Assembly: GCA_951813555.1 (NCBI GenBank)
Contig: OX638344.1
Coordinates: 3,657,990-3,721,989, forward strand
DNA length: 64,000 nucleotides
Source: an uncultured Acidimicrobiales bacterium
Lineage (GTDB): Bacteria; Actinomycetota; Acidimicrobiia; Acidimicrobiales; Bin134
Reading direction: 5' to 3'
Each line of letters begins with the position of its first letter. Position 1 is the stretch's first letter. The notes below the pieces were generated by a model, which ran no database searches, was not told where the DNA came from, and worked only from the letters and a program-made list of their open reading frames with translations. Of this stretch, positions 28,530 through 38,183 are shown piece after piece. The position numbers were made by a program, and so were the translations under genes.

Positions 28530-29852
28530 ATGACCGACGACAAGACGCAGTCCCTGCGCCGGAGCGCTGACGACCGGATCATCTCCGGCGTGGCCGGCGG
28601 GATCGGGTGCTTGGCCGGCGTCAGCTCAGTTTCGGTCCGGATCGGTTTCATCCTGCTGACGTCCGTCGGCGGGGCCGGCTTGTGGCTGTACTTCTTGGGC
28701 TGGCTGTGTCTCCCCCACCAGGATGGGTCGCCCAGCATCCTGGCCAACACTCTGCGGGGCGACTCCCCCCACCGATTTCGCAGCATGGCCGGCGCCCTGC
28801 TTCTTCTGGCGGCGACCGCAATCAGCGCGTTCCTGCTTGGCCCGCTGCTTTTGGACCTCCTCGCCAGGTTCTTGTCCAATGGGGCTGTCGTTGTCGTCCT
28901 GCTGGCCGTCGCACTCATCGCGGCCGGCGCATGGCTCATGTGGCGGCCCAAGACCTCGGAACCCTCACCCCATCGGTCTGTGCCGGCTCCGCAGGAAGCG
29001 GCTATCTCGCCGGTAGCCGCCGCGGCTGCGGAGCCAACGATGGATGTGAAGGCACCGACCGGGTCGGCAGATTCCCCCGGCGGCGACAAGCTCGCCCCCA
29101 CCGGTCGCCGCCGGGGGCGCATCAGGGCTCAGACGCGTCGAGCCTCCGCCCGCCGTCGGCGACGCTCTCGGCGCCAGCGACGGCGGCGCGAGCGATCGTT
29201 CCTCGGGCCGATCGCCAGCGCAGTCATGCTGATTGTTGTCGGCGGGGTAGTGATGCTCGACCGTTTCGACGTGTTCGACACAGACGCGACTCTGCTCGTT
29301 GCCGTGTTGGTTCTGATCGTCGGCGCAGTCTTGGTGATGTCTGCCTTCCTCGGACGAGCTCACGGATTGATACTTCTGGGAGCGCTGCTATCAGCTGTCC
29401 TGATCGTCGGGATAGCCGCTGATATCCGCTCCGCGTGGTCGGGAATAGGAACCGAGCGGGTCGAGGCAACCAGCCTCAGGGAGTTGGAGGCCGAGTACCG
29501 CCATGGCATCGGCAAGCTGGTGGTCGACCTCGGGGAAGTCGATTTCAACGGCCAGAGCGCGAGGCTGGATCTCGGGCTCACAATTGGCGAGCTCCTGGTC
29601 TATGTGCCGGCAGACATCAATCTTGAAATGAACGCTCATATCGGCGCCGGCGATCTGCACATGGACCCGTCACCAGTTGACAAGTGGGGATCGCTCAGAA
29701 GTGACCCGACAATCATGGAAAGCGGCGTGGACAAGGACGTCACTGCATCGTGGGACCAGCCTGGGCTCGCCAACGGCGCCCTGCGCCTAGACCTGGATCT
29801 CGGCTTCGGCATAGTCCGAATCCTCCCCCGTTCACCCGGTTTGAACGCATAA
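28530..29852 (+). CDS. PspC-domain membrane protein with LiaF/DUF2154-like C-terminus
   Basis: LRRSADDRIISGVAGG; multiple TM segments; YRHGIGKLVVDL...IGELLVYVP. Confidence 0.85.
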   Translation: MTDDKTQSLRRSADDRIISGVAGGIGCLAGVSSVSVRIGFILLTSVGGAGLWLYFLGWLCLPHQDGSPSILANTLRGDSPHRFRSMAGALLLLAATAISAFLLGPLLLDLLARFLSNGAVVVVLLAVALIAAGAWLMWRPKTSEPSPHRSVPAPQEAAISPVAAAAAEPTMDVKAPTGSADSPGGDKLAPTGRRRGRIRAQTRRASARRRRRSRRQRRRRERSFLGPIASAVMLIVVGGVVMLDRFDVFDTDATLLVAVLVLIVGAVLVMSAFLGRAHGLILLGALLSAVLIVGIAADIRSAWSGIGTERVEATSLRELEAEYRHGIGKLVVDLGEVDFNGQSARLDLGLTIGELLVYVPADINLEMNAHIGAGDLHMDPSPVDKWGSLRSDPTIMESGVDKDVTASWDQPGLANGALRLDLDLGFGIVRILPRSPGLNA

Positions 29853-29872
29853 GTACAGCTCAGGAGATACCA

Positions 29873-30154
29873 ATGTCGAAACGCCATCCCGATCCCATGG
29901 AACATCCCCCCAACAACCCCGATCGCGGCGATCAGGCGAAAAGGCTGAATCGCCACCCCGTGAACCTCCTGGCCCTGATGAGCGGCCTGGTGTTCTTGGT
30001 CTTTGGCGGTGGTGCCCTCATTCACCGCATCGCGGTCGAGATCGATGCCGTCCTCGTCGCCGCGCTGACCCTGATCGCGATCGGCGCGATCTCCACTGCT
30101 GCCCTCATCGCCCGCCGACCCCGCCCACCAGCCCCCGTCTCAGACCTTGACTAG
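29873..30154 (+). CDS. Small two-TM membrane protein of the PspC cluster
   Basis: AGGAG RBS; RHPVNLLALMSGLVF. Confidence 0.7.
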   Translation: MSKRHPDPMEHPPNNPDRGDQAKRLNRHPVNLLALMSGLVFLVFGGGALIHRIAVEIDAVLVAALTLIAIGAISTAALIARRPRPPAPVSDLD

Positions 30155-30199
30155 ATCAAGTGACACTATGATATTTGAATATATTTCAATTTCACAAAG

Positions 30200-30415
30200 C
30201 TGCGATTCGCCGCAAGCGCGCGGCGACATGAGATTTCGGAAGACGATGCCCTCCACGCCTGCCGAAACACCATTCGCATCATTCCAATGGACGATCCATT
30301 GATGTTCATAGGTGCCGACCCCAGCGGTCGCATGCTGGAAGTAGGAATCGCGAGAACGGGCGAAGCCCCTAGAATCATTCATGCGATGAAGGCACGGCCT
30401 AACTACTTGAGGTGA
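30200..30415 (+). CDS. BrnT/RelE-fold-like toxin lacking a canonical start (absent from ORF track)
   Basis: Hand translation: LRFAASARRHEISEDDALHACRN...FIGADPSGRMLEVGI...IIHAMKARPNYLR*; GTGA overlap with the next gene. Confidence 0.7.
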   Translation: MRFAASARRHEISEDDALHACRNTIRIIPMDDPLMFIGADPSGRMLEVGIARTGEAPRIIHAMKARPNYLR

Positions 30416-30732
30416 ATGACATATCCCAACCCCTTCAAGAATTGATCGCCAAGGCCGAGGCAAGCGGCAACTGGGACGAGGTGGCCGACTGGTGCGAGGC
30501 CTTTGACTGGTCAGAGGCCCAGGAAATTCCCCTCGCCGAGTTCTATCTAGGGTGTGCAGCAGCAGCCAGCCCGACGAACAAACCCCAGCTCCTCGAGGCG
30601 ATTTCAGCAGCTCGAGCAAGTGGTTCTACTTGGGCACGGATCGGGGAAATCCTCGGCCTCTCAGCCCAAGACGCCGAAGACCACTACGAACCACTACTCA
30701 AGATCCAGGACGTAGCGAACGCTAGTCCCTAG
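30412..30732 (+). CDS. Putative antitoxin with C-terminal HTH
   Basis: AISAARASGSTWARIGEILGLSAQDA; translationally coupled to the toxin. Confidence 0.7.
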   Translation: MNDISQPLQELIAKAEASGNWDEVADWCEAFDWSEAQEIPLAEFYLGCAAAASPTNKPQLLEAISAARASGSTWARIGEILGLSAQDAEDHYEPLLKIQDVANASP

Positions 30733-30994
30733 CTGACGGGACCACCTCTGACATGAACTGTTCTAGTTCGTCGTCTCGCCGGGACAGGGACTCATAGGTC
30801 CAATCAGGGATGATGAGCTCGTTGGCACCTGCCTCGCGGAGCTGGCCGACTTGATCAATCACCGCTTCGACTGAGCCCACCAGCGTTGGTCGCCTGCCTG
30901 CTTGACTGACGAAATCGCGTTGAACGTCCAAGTCTTCGCTCAAGCACAGGAACGCCTGGGTCGAACATCTCACTTCATCCGGGTCACGCCCGAC
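30722..30994 (-). pseudogene. Duplicated, diverged 3' fragment of the LLM gene at 31799-32710
   Basis: VGRDPDEVRCSTQAFLCLSED...ELIIPDWTYESLSRRDDEL versus VGRDPDDVRCSIQAFLCLSED...ELIIPDWTYESLSRRDDEL. Confidence 0.9.
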
Positions 30995-31042
30995 ACCTCT
31001 AATCCTCAAAAACAACCCCTCCACGATTAGGGGGGAACCTCA

Positions 31043-31092
31043 GCGCCCTCGTCGGCCTCACCAACTGGACGGTCTATCTGCGCAGGCAGTAG
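31043..31092 (+). repeat. Duplicated 3' end of the FNT gene (matches 26440-26489)
   Basis: 43/50 nt identical; both copies encode ALVGLTNWTVYLRRQ*, and all differences are synonymous. Confidence 0.92.
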
Positions 31093-31116
31093 CAGCCGAA
31101 CTTCTTCTCTGCGCGG

Positions 31117-31536
31117 CTAGTCGACGGTGCCGCGCTCCAACACCCATTGGTGGGGTTGGCCGGTGATCTCGGCAACTAGCTCGAAATCGGCGTCGTAGTG
31201 CAAGACAACCAACTGGCGAGCTTCGGCCACCGCGGCGACGAGAGCATCAACCAGAGAAAGCGCACGATGCTGGCCGCGCTCCGCCAGCTGTCTTTGTATC
31301 CCTATCGCTCGGTGGTGGTCGGCGTTGGTAGCCGGCACGGAGTCAAACGCATCGAGACGGCTCATGATCGCCTCATGGTCCACCGCGTTTCGGGCACTGA
31401 ATCCCAGTTCGAATATCACGGGAGGGCACAATGCGATCCGCCCCTCGGCAATCAAAGGGGCAACCGCCGCAGCGACCGCAGGTTTCGACAATCGGGCAAA
31501 GGCACTCGTGTCGGCCAGATGGGTGGCCCGTGCCAC
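31117..31536 (-). CDS. vapC: VapC PIN-domain toxin
   Basis: LADTSA, FELGFSAR, VDALVAAVA, VLHYDADFE. Confidence 0.92.
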   Translation of the reverse strand: MARATHLADTSAFARLSKPAVAAAVAPLIAEGRIALCPPVIFELGFSARNAVDHEAIMSRLDAFDSVPATNADHHRAIGIQRQLAERGQHRALSLVDALVAAVAEARQLVVLHYDADFELVAEITGQPHQWVLERGTVD

Positions 31537-31742
31537 TACGCGTCGCCTCCCCAGGCTTGTTCAGCCGCATCGAAGTCGAATCTGCCCTCCTCGCCTAGAA
31601 GAGTCACTAGTTCGAGTCGGCGCTTGGCGTTGACGATCTCTAGCAGCGAAGCGTTGACTGTCTCTCTCAGCGTCCTAGTCCCAAGTATCGCAGCGGCCTT
31701 TTCAGCGATATCTCTATCCACATCAATAGATGTCTTTGCCAT
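31536..31742 (-). CDS. vapB: VapB antitoxin
   Basis: MAKTSIDVD...LGTRTLRETVNASL; 1-nt overlap with vapC. Confidence 0.88.
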   Translation of the reverse strand: MAKTSIDVDRDIAEKAAAILGTRTLRETVNASLLEIVNAKRRLELVTLLGEEGRFDFDAAEQAWGGDA

Positions 31743-31798
31743 GCCCTTCAAGATATCAATCTCAAAGACAGGATCAAACAACTAACCCGCCAATTGAG

Positions 31799-32710
31799 TC
31801 AGCGACCCCAAATGGAAGGAGCTACCTCCGAGATGAACTGGTCGAGTTCGTCGTCTCGGCGAGACAAAGACTCGTAGGTCCAGTCGGGGATGATGAGCTC
31901 CTCAGCCCCGGCTTCGTGGAGCTGGCCAACCTGATCAGTCACCGCTTCGACTGAGCCCATCAGAGTTGGTCGCCGCCCAGCTCGACCGACAAACTCACGC
32001 TGCACTTCTGGGTCTTCGCTCAAGCACAGGAACGCCTGGATCGAGCACCGCACATCATCAGGGTCACGTCCGACCTCTTCGCAGTGCCGGCGGAGCAACC
32101 GACGCTTGTGCCGCAGAGCCTCTGCATCCACCCATGCGTTCCACCAATCGGCGTACATCGCCGCTGTGCGCAGTGTCCGACGCTCCCCCTTGCCTCCAAC
32201 CAGTAGCGGAAGCCTCCCCTTCACAGGCTTGGGGTATCGGGGCGCTTCCTCGAATGAGAAATACTGCGACTGCATAGTCCAACTTTCGTTCTCAAGCAGC
32301 CCTCGAATAGCCCGACAGCCTTCCTCAAGCCGATCCGACCTCGTCTTCAAGTCGCCCAACTCGAATCCATACGCCCTATGCTGGTTCTCCTGCCACCCCG
32401 CTCCGACCCCGAGAATGAACCTTCCATTGCTGATGTGATCGCATGTCACCGCCGCCGACGCCAACACCGCCGGATGACGATAGGTCACCGAGCACACCAG
32501 CGACCCCAAGGTGATCCGACTAGTCGCCGCCGCCAGCCCAGCCAGTGTGCTCCACACCTCCAGCACCCCTTCCTGTCTCTCTCGCGGCTCTTCCAGCATG
32601 AGGTGGCCCGCCACCCACGCTCCATCCCACCCGGTCTCCTCTGAGCGCAGGGCAAGCTCAAGAACCTCTTCCCAAGTCCGCTCCAACGCCGGCCATACGC
32701 TAAATATCAT
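31799..32710 (-). CDS. LLM class F420-dependent oxidoreductase
   Basis: YRHPAVLA, DHISNGRFILGVGAGW, LLVGGKGERRTLRTAA. Confidence 0.92.
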   Translation of the reverse strand: MIFSVWPALERTWEEVLELALRSEETGWDGAWVAGHLMLEEPRERQEGVLEVWSTLAGLAAATSRITLGSLVCSVTYRHPAVLASAAVTCDHISNGRFILGVGAGWQENQHRAYGFELGDLKTRSDRLEEGCRAIRGLLENESWTMQSQYFSFEEAPRYPKPVKGRLPLLVGGKGERRTLRTAAMYADWWNAWVDAEALRHKRRLLRRHCEEVGRDPDDVRCSIQAFLCLSEDPEVQREFVGRAGRRPTLMGSVEAVTDQVGQLHEAGAEELIIPDWTYESLSRRDDELDQFISEVAPSIWGR

Positions 32711-33480
32711 AGTGGCAATTTGATAAGAGATGCATTTGCAATCTTGATATCGTGCAATTCGAATGAGAGCACATTTTCCGCGACCTGCAACTTACTAATA
32801 TGCCAACCTTGGGCGACTCGATCCATGCTGAATTGCAATTCACAACGGGTCACAAGAGATTCGCGAAATATCTCGCCAGCAAGAAGTAGCTGCCTGCAAG
32901 AAGCATACAAACAAATGCAAGATGAATAACTAGTTGTCTAATTTCAAGTGTCATTAATCTGTCCAACACTAGCTTTGCCTTGTCGTTCGATCTCATCGAT
33001 CGACAATCTTAGATAGTCTTCCGCCTTACCTTCGGACCAAGAACCAAGACATCTCAAGCGAATGTCCCTATATTTCTCTAGTTTGCGGAGCAAGGGAAGA
33101 TGAAAAATAGAAAAAGTGCAAGAAGTAAAATTTCAGATATCTGTCGGTCTTGCTCCAAGTACTATAGTCACTTTGTTCAAAAACATATGGGTTGAACGCT
33201 TTCAATGCCCCCTTTCGCCCTCCTACTCGAATTCTGACGCGACGGCACCGAGGTTGGCGGAGTTTTCGGAGACGGTGCGTTGGGTGGACTCTTCGAAACC
33301 GTCTGGGTCGTTGGCTCGGACTTCTAGGTCTAAAACTGATGGAGGTTTTTGACAGTCGGGGTCTTTCGTGAGAGGAAGACCTGGCAATTGTCACTGCCTC
33401 AAATTTCGGAATTCACCCTCCCATTGATGACAGATCATCCGATTTGCAAGAATCAACTGCTTCCTAATGTGAGCTATATT

Positions 33481-33996
33481 CTAAAATAATATTTGGTAGA
33501 CATGATAGTACTCTTTGCCGCGTCGCTCCGAACCAATCTGAGGATTCATGTCTAATTCGAGCGATGTCATGACCGGGCGCGATCTCCAGCGTATTCGCTT
33601 TGGAAGGATGCTGCGTTCGGCACGGTATCTCACAGTAACGATCCACCCCACTCGACTATCGTACTGCCCATATCGACGTTCATATCTGCTCTGCGAGCCA
33701 TGGAGTTTCTCCATGTATGACTCACCTGGATGAAGCACATCCCAGTACCGAAATGGGTTCTCATTTGCATGTGTCCAGGGCATCTCAGCATCAAGTGACA
33801 CAGAAATGCTGTAGGCGCTTGACTCTCCGCTATTGCGCATCTCAAGCCATGTACCGTCCTCGCGGTCAGCCCACCCGACAGTCACATAAGGTCGCCAACG
33901 CAGTTCCAGAGAAGAGCGCGTCATATACGCCGACCAGACCGAAATAACGACTGCGAGTGCGCTGAACACTCCAACTCCAATCTGAAGAATCATCAT
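33481..33996 (-). CDS. Hypothetical protein with N-terminal TM anchor and beta-rich domain
   Basis: Hydrophobic N-terminus, then RPYV..LEMRNSGESSAY; 43 bp downstream of cap2, same strand. Confidence 0.7.
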   Translation of the reverse strand: MMILQIGVGVFSALAVVISVWSAYMTRSSLELRWRPYVTVGWADREDGTWLEMRNSGESSAYSISVSLDAEMPWTHANENPFRYWDVLHPGESYMEKLHGSQSRYERRYGQYDSRVGWIVTVRYRAERSILPKRIRWRSRPVMTSLELDMNPQIGSERRGKEYYHVYQILF

Positions 33997-34039
33997 TCCT
34001 CGGCCTTTACTCTCCCTAAATCACCCGGCACTGTGTTAG

Positions 34040-35743
34040 TCAAGACTGCACGTGTGTAAGCGGCGGCATGCCGAAAGGTGAGTACGAAAGTGATATCAGG
34101 TAGCCACCGGCGATCTGACGAGCAAGGGCGGTCGCTGCGATGCTAAGCGCACACGCTGCGATGCTCATAGCATCGGCAGAGGAGCCGTGGAATGTAGGAA
34201 TTGAGCACCCTGGGGCTGGCGTGAGCGGTGGATGATGATCGTGATCCCAGAATGTTCGAAATGCCGTTAAGCTCTTGGCCTCTAATACCTTGTTGCCCAA
34301 AGCTTGGTCTAGATCAGCGGTCGTAGTCGTCGACGTCCTGTCTGTCACCGTGACAATACCGAGCGTTGCCGACTGGTTGTCAGTGGCTACCTGCACAACT
34401 GGCACGCTGAGGTTCCCATTCTTCTGGGCGCTCACTATAGCGGCGTTGACCGAAGTGTTCACACTCGTGTCGAATATTAAGTCGCAATCAGCGGCATCTT
34501 CGCCAAGACCGGCTTCGGCACAGCACACGACACCATATACTTCGCAGGTGTCGGACAGGCTTCGGAGCCTCTCAGCTAGAGCCTCGGCCTTGGGGCGGCC
34601 GACATCTTCCTCGGTATAGTTCTGCCGGACGAGGAGGCCATGCGTGACAAATCCTGGATCCCGCAACGTAACGCTCCGGACACCCGCCCTAACTAATTGC
34701 TCTGCGATCCAGGAGCCGAGTGCCCCGCAGCCCCAAACGGCTACCTTAGAACCGGCGTAGACGGAGACGGGTCTCTCGTTGTCGCGACGGACGGCGACCT
34801 CGGGACGTTGATCGTCAACGTATGTCCATTCCACCTGGGGCTCATTGCTGGCAGTCCCTTTGGCGGCGGAGCTTCGAACTGCGGCCAGTGCTCGAGCCGC
34901 GTCCTTCGCACCGAGTCGCCATCCAATGAGATACCTATCAGCCCCATCACCATTGGCAGGGTTAGGCACGGCGATGACCACATGGAGGTGGTTAGTATCG
35001 TCCAGGTCTAGAAGGATGCGGCGTACCCCGGTCTCTAGCGTTCGTCGCTCCTTTCTGTCGAGTTGTTGGCGGACTGTGGCCACGAGATCGGAAAGCTGGT
35101 GACCGCCGCCCATTGGAAGACACGCGGGCAACGCGACAAGCAGCCCGGGTACCAGATCGGGGCTGTAAGGTGTGTTCCACGCAGCGATATCGACCCGGTA
35201 GTCGGTCCTTGGTCGAAGCCCGATACGACGAACGATACCTTCGGATATCAATGCCGCTGGCATCGGCTCGACAACTACAACTGTTGGTGCGCCTTGGGTT
35301 CGATGAAGCACTCCGCCTACTGGGTGGTACAGAGCCCCCGCGGCATCGAATCGGTTGCCGATCGCGTCGTCGAACCAACTCCAAAGTCGCCCTAGGAAGC
35401 CCTGCATCCCTCTACTCGGATCCCACTCGGTGTTCGGGTCAAGGTAGACACAGAGCCGTTCCCCTTGCAGCACATGCGGGCAACCGGCCCATCGCAGGTG
35501 TTTGACTACAGCGAGAGGCGGGACGAGCGGATGGTGCGGGCCAACGAAAGCGGTCACGCGTTCATGCGACCCAACAGGCAGTCCACCGGGATGGTGCGTG
35601 AATTCGGAAGTCTTGATTTCGAGTTCAAGCGCGGCCGATTCGCCCAGCTCGTCTACGCCTACCAATCTGATCTGCCTTGAATAGTCGGTGAAGCGCCTAA
35701 CCTCTTCAATTGCAGCTAGCTGGGCCTCGACTAGTCCGGTCAT
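34040..35743 (-). CDS. cap2: CBASS Cap2-like E2-E1 (ThiF) fusion
   Basis: E2: PHVLQGERLCVY. E1: VWGCGALGS, LVRQNY, GRPKAEAL, PGCSIPTF. Directly after the CD-NTase. Confidence 0.88.
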   Translation of the reverse strand: MTGLVEAQLAAIEEVRRFTDYSRQIRLVGVDELGESAALELEIKTSEFTHHPGGLPVGSHERVTAFVGPHHPLVPPLAVVKHLRWAGCPHVLQGERLCVYLDPNTEWDPSRGMQGFLGRLWSWFDDAIGNRFDAAGALYHPVGGVLHRTQGAPTVVVVEPMPAALISEGIVRRIGLRPRTDYRVDIAAWNTPYSPDLVPGLLVALPACLPMGGGHQLSDLVATVRQQLDRKERRTLETGVRRILLDLDDTNHLHVVIAVPNPANGDGADRYLIGWRLGAKDAARALAAVRSSAAKGTASNEPQVEWTYVDDQRPEVAVRRDNERPVSVYAGSKVAVWGCGALGSWIAEQLVRAGVRSVTLRDPGFVTHGLLVRQNYTEEDVGRPKAEALAERLRSLSDTCEVYGVVCCAEAGLGEDAADCDLIFDTSVNTSVNAAIVSAQKNGNLSVPVVQVATDNQSATLGIVTVTDRTSTTTTADLDQALGNKVLEAKSLTAFRTFWDHDHHPPLTPAPGCSIPTFHGSSADAMSIAACALSIAATALARQIAGGYLISLSYSPFGMPPLTHVQS

Positions 35744-35751
35744 GGTCGGAC

Positions 35752-36795
35752 TCAGCCAGCTCGGCCTGACCGGGTAGCGCTGGAGGCTATTGATGCGCTG
35801 GCGGGGAGCCCAAGGAGCGGATTGGCCGATGGGGCCTTCGATGAGCCGTATGTGCCCGTCGGCGGGTTGAACTTGTCGCCAAACAGGGCTTGCCACTCTT
35901 TGGCAGACTTTGTGGCATCAGACTCGTCGTAGGCGCTGCGAATAGCAGGCGAGATCGAGTGGATTCGATCCCGGAAGTTCCGGTATGTTTCGTCCGCCCA
36001 TCGGTGATCAAAGTTCGTGCCGTCGCCAGCCGGGTTGGGCAGCGAGGGCCTATTGAAGTTGGCTTGTAGCCATCTGTCAAGGTCTTCGACAATATGGACA
36101 AGCGCGGTCGGGGTGTTGGCATATATAGTGGGGTCCAAAGCACTGGCTTCTGTGACTTGCAGTCCGAGCGCCGTGGTCAATACGACCGACTTGACGCCGC
36201 TGAAGCTCCCCCTTTCGTTTCGTAGGTATTTCATGAGCCGCGTGACACGCCGGAACTGCCCGGAAGTGAGCTCGTCACGACGCTTCACCCAGTTGGTGAA
36301 ACCCTGCGGATCGGTTGACCCGTACTGCGGCTCCCACACGTTGTGATCTCGGTTGACGATGACGCGGCGACCATCAAACAACGTGACGAAGGGAACAATG
36401 TCGAGATGGCAGCCAACCCCGCCCTCGGGTGCATACTTGAGCCAAATGCAGCGACACTTGCGGCCGTGTTCCTGCTTGGTGTAGGTGGTATGGCGGTGGA
36501 GAGCATTGTAGATCTGGTTGGGATACCTCCTCGGTTCCCAATCCGACTGCTCGTTGATTTCGAGCAGGAAGTCAGCATCAAATTCTCCGCCCGGCCTTGG
36601 TCGGATTATGAGCCGATGAGCCCATGACCCCTGAGGCGACTTGCCTGTGATAATTGGTCCGACTACGAGGTCCTGTTTGAGGGCTCCAAAGACGGCATCG
36701 ACACGAGACTTAAGCTTGGCAAGTCTCGTGTCGTCTATGTTCACGGCGTCTCTAAGGAAGGTCTTGAAGTACTCGGCATGTTGCATGTCAATCAA
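35752..36795 (-). CDS. CBASS cGAS/DncV-like nucleotidyltransferase (CD-NTase, SMODS)
   Basis: QGSWAHRLIIRP, EFDAD, HLDIVP, RLMKYLR, WQALFGDKF; flexible tail ending RSGRAG. Confidence 0.92.
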   Translation of the reverse strand: MIDMQHAEYFKTFLRDAVNIDDTRLAKLKSRVDAVFGALKQDLVVGPIITGKSPQGSWAHRLIIRPRPGGEFDADFLLEINEQSDWEPRRYPNQIYNALHRHTTYTKQEHGRKCRCIWLKYAPEGGVGCHLDIVPFVTLFDGRRVIVNRDHNVWEPQYGSTDPQGFTNWVKRRDELTSGQFRRVTRLMKYLRNERGSFSGVKSVVLTTALGLQVTEASALDPTIYANTPTALVHIVEDLDRWLQANFNRPSLPNPAGDGTNFDHRWADETYRNFRDRIHSISPAIRSAYDESDATKSAKEWQALFGDKFNPPTGTYGSSKAPSANPLLGLPASASIASSATRSGRAG

Positions 36796-37930
36796 TCTCC
36801 ATTACTGGTAAGTACTGTCCGTTCACACGGTCATGAAGGATCAGCCGGGGGTGGATCTCGCGGTTGGCGATGCGACCCAGGCTGACGCACACCGAGACGG
36901 GAGCGGCTCCAAGGACATGGAGACTTCGGGCCTTCTTACGGTGCAATTCAATGTCGGCAAAGACATCCCGCAGAGCACGCTCGGCGGACTTGAGGGATGC
37001 GGGTGAGCCGACAATGTCGCTGTGGGGGATGCCATCGCCAGCGGGAACGATCCGATATAGCCGATAGCCGACAAGAGCCTCAGGCACTTCGCTAGCGTGG
37101 ACCGTCGCTGACATCGACAATGCGAGGACGACATCGCGATCAGCTTCACCCTCGGCAACGAGATCTACTGAAAAACGATGCTCAGTAGGACTGGCAGGCC
37201 AAGACCATGACTCGGACGCTCGGTGCCGCTGGTAGATATCTGTATCGAGCTTGTCGCCTAATCGCGCGCCGAGATGCACGAGTAGCGGCCAGCGGGCCAG
37301 TGCGAACACGCTGACGTGACGAATATCCCCGTCTTCGACCGCCGGAGCAACTTGTCGGTCGAAAACCCGGTCGATCAACTCACGGCAGGCCTCGTAGTAC
37401 TCGCTGCTTCCAATGCTCGGCGAAGACATCCGTCGCAGGTCGATCTCGATGCCCGCAAGGTCGTGGCTCAGCGGGAAACGAGCGCAGCGCCCCTGGTCGA
37501 GTACGGCAGAGGCAGCAGCGGAGCGGTCGAGGCTGACCTGGCTGTCGCCGATCGCTCCTTGTAACCGAATCACAGCAGTGTCATTGCCTGGCGGCAAGGA
37601 GAGTACTTGCCCGATGCGGCTCTCGTGGCGTTGTTTCAACTCCCGCAGACGCTCGACCCTGAACACGTCGAGATTGGGGCGCGAGTCGATTTCGCCATGG
37701 CAGGAGGCACAGAGCAGAAGGAGGTTATCCGCATCGTCTCGACGCTCGACGGGAAGGTCATGCTCACCCCTCGGTGACCTGGGGTCCGTGGATCGTCCGA
37801 CGATGTGGGCGCGCTCACCTAGATAGACCGGCTCCTGGGTGAAAGTGGAGGTGAGTAGCTCGCCGTAGCAGAGCGCGCATCGCCCGCCGCTGCGGACCAG
37901 TAGCTGCCGTGTCGTCGATTCCGAAATCAT
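36788..37930 (-). CDS. cap5: HNH-SAVED effector (Cap5-like)
   Basis: RSGGRCALC, GERAHI, NLLLLCASCHGEID; SAVED motifs SVFALARWPLLVHLG, YQRHR..WSW, LHVLGAAPVS. Confidence 0.9.
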   Translation of the reverse strand: MISESTTRQLLVRSGGRCALCYGELLTSTFTQEPVYLGERAHIVGRSTDPRSPRGEHDLPVERRDDADNLLLLCASCHGEIDSRPNLDVFRVERLRELKQRHESRIGQVLSLPPGNDTAVIRLQGAIGDSQVSLDRSAAASAVLDQGRCARFPLSHDLAGIEIDLRRMSSPSIGSSEYYEACRELIDRVFDRQVAPAVEDGDIRHVSVFALARWPLLVHLGARLGDKLDTDIYQRHRASESWSWPASPTEHRFSVDLVAEGEADRDVVLALSMSATVHASEVPEALVGYRLYRIVPAGDGIPHSDIVGSPASLKSAERALRDVFADIELHRKKARSLHVLGAAPVSVCVSLGRIANREIHPRLILHDRVNGQYLPVMEID

Positions 37931-37934
37931 GCTT

Positions 37935-38177
37935 TCACCATTGTGCGAGGGGGAGTGACAACTTCATCATGAGAGTCGCAATTTCGGCCATGGAACGCAT
38001 CTTCGAGTTGCTCAACTCGCCGCGTATCTCAATTCGTGCCAGATCGAAGAGATCGCTGGGAAGCCAACTGCGAGGAGCGTGGCCCTTCTCCACAGCGATG
38101 AAGACCTCTACGACCAATTGGCATCCTCGGGCTTCGGGGGGATCCTTGAGCAGTGCCCGGCCAGCTTCAAGAGCCAA
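37935..38177 (-). CDS. Small hypothetical protein within the CBASS operon
   Basis: 80-aa ORF filling the space between DUF2188 and cap5, with 6- and 4-bp gaps. Confidence 0.5.
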   Translation of the reverse strand: MALEAGRALLKDPPEARGCQLVVEVFIAVEKGHAPRSWLPSDLFDLARIEIRGELSNSKMRSMAEIATLMMKLSLPLAQW

Positions 38178-38183
38178 GCCATT

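Noticed and set aside
26440-31092. FNT and LLM repeats as DGR template/variable repeats
   Set aside because: Differences are synonymous or conservative rather than confined to adenines, and there is no reverse transcriptase in the window.
35743-35896. N-terminal 51-aa extension of Cap2 in the ORF track
   Set aside because: Overlaps the CD-NTase 3' end; ATG at 35743 just after the CD-NTase stop is the more plausible start.
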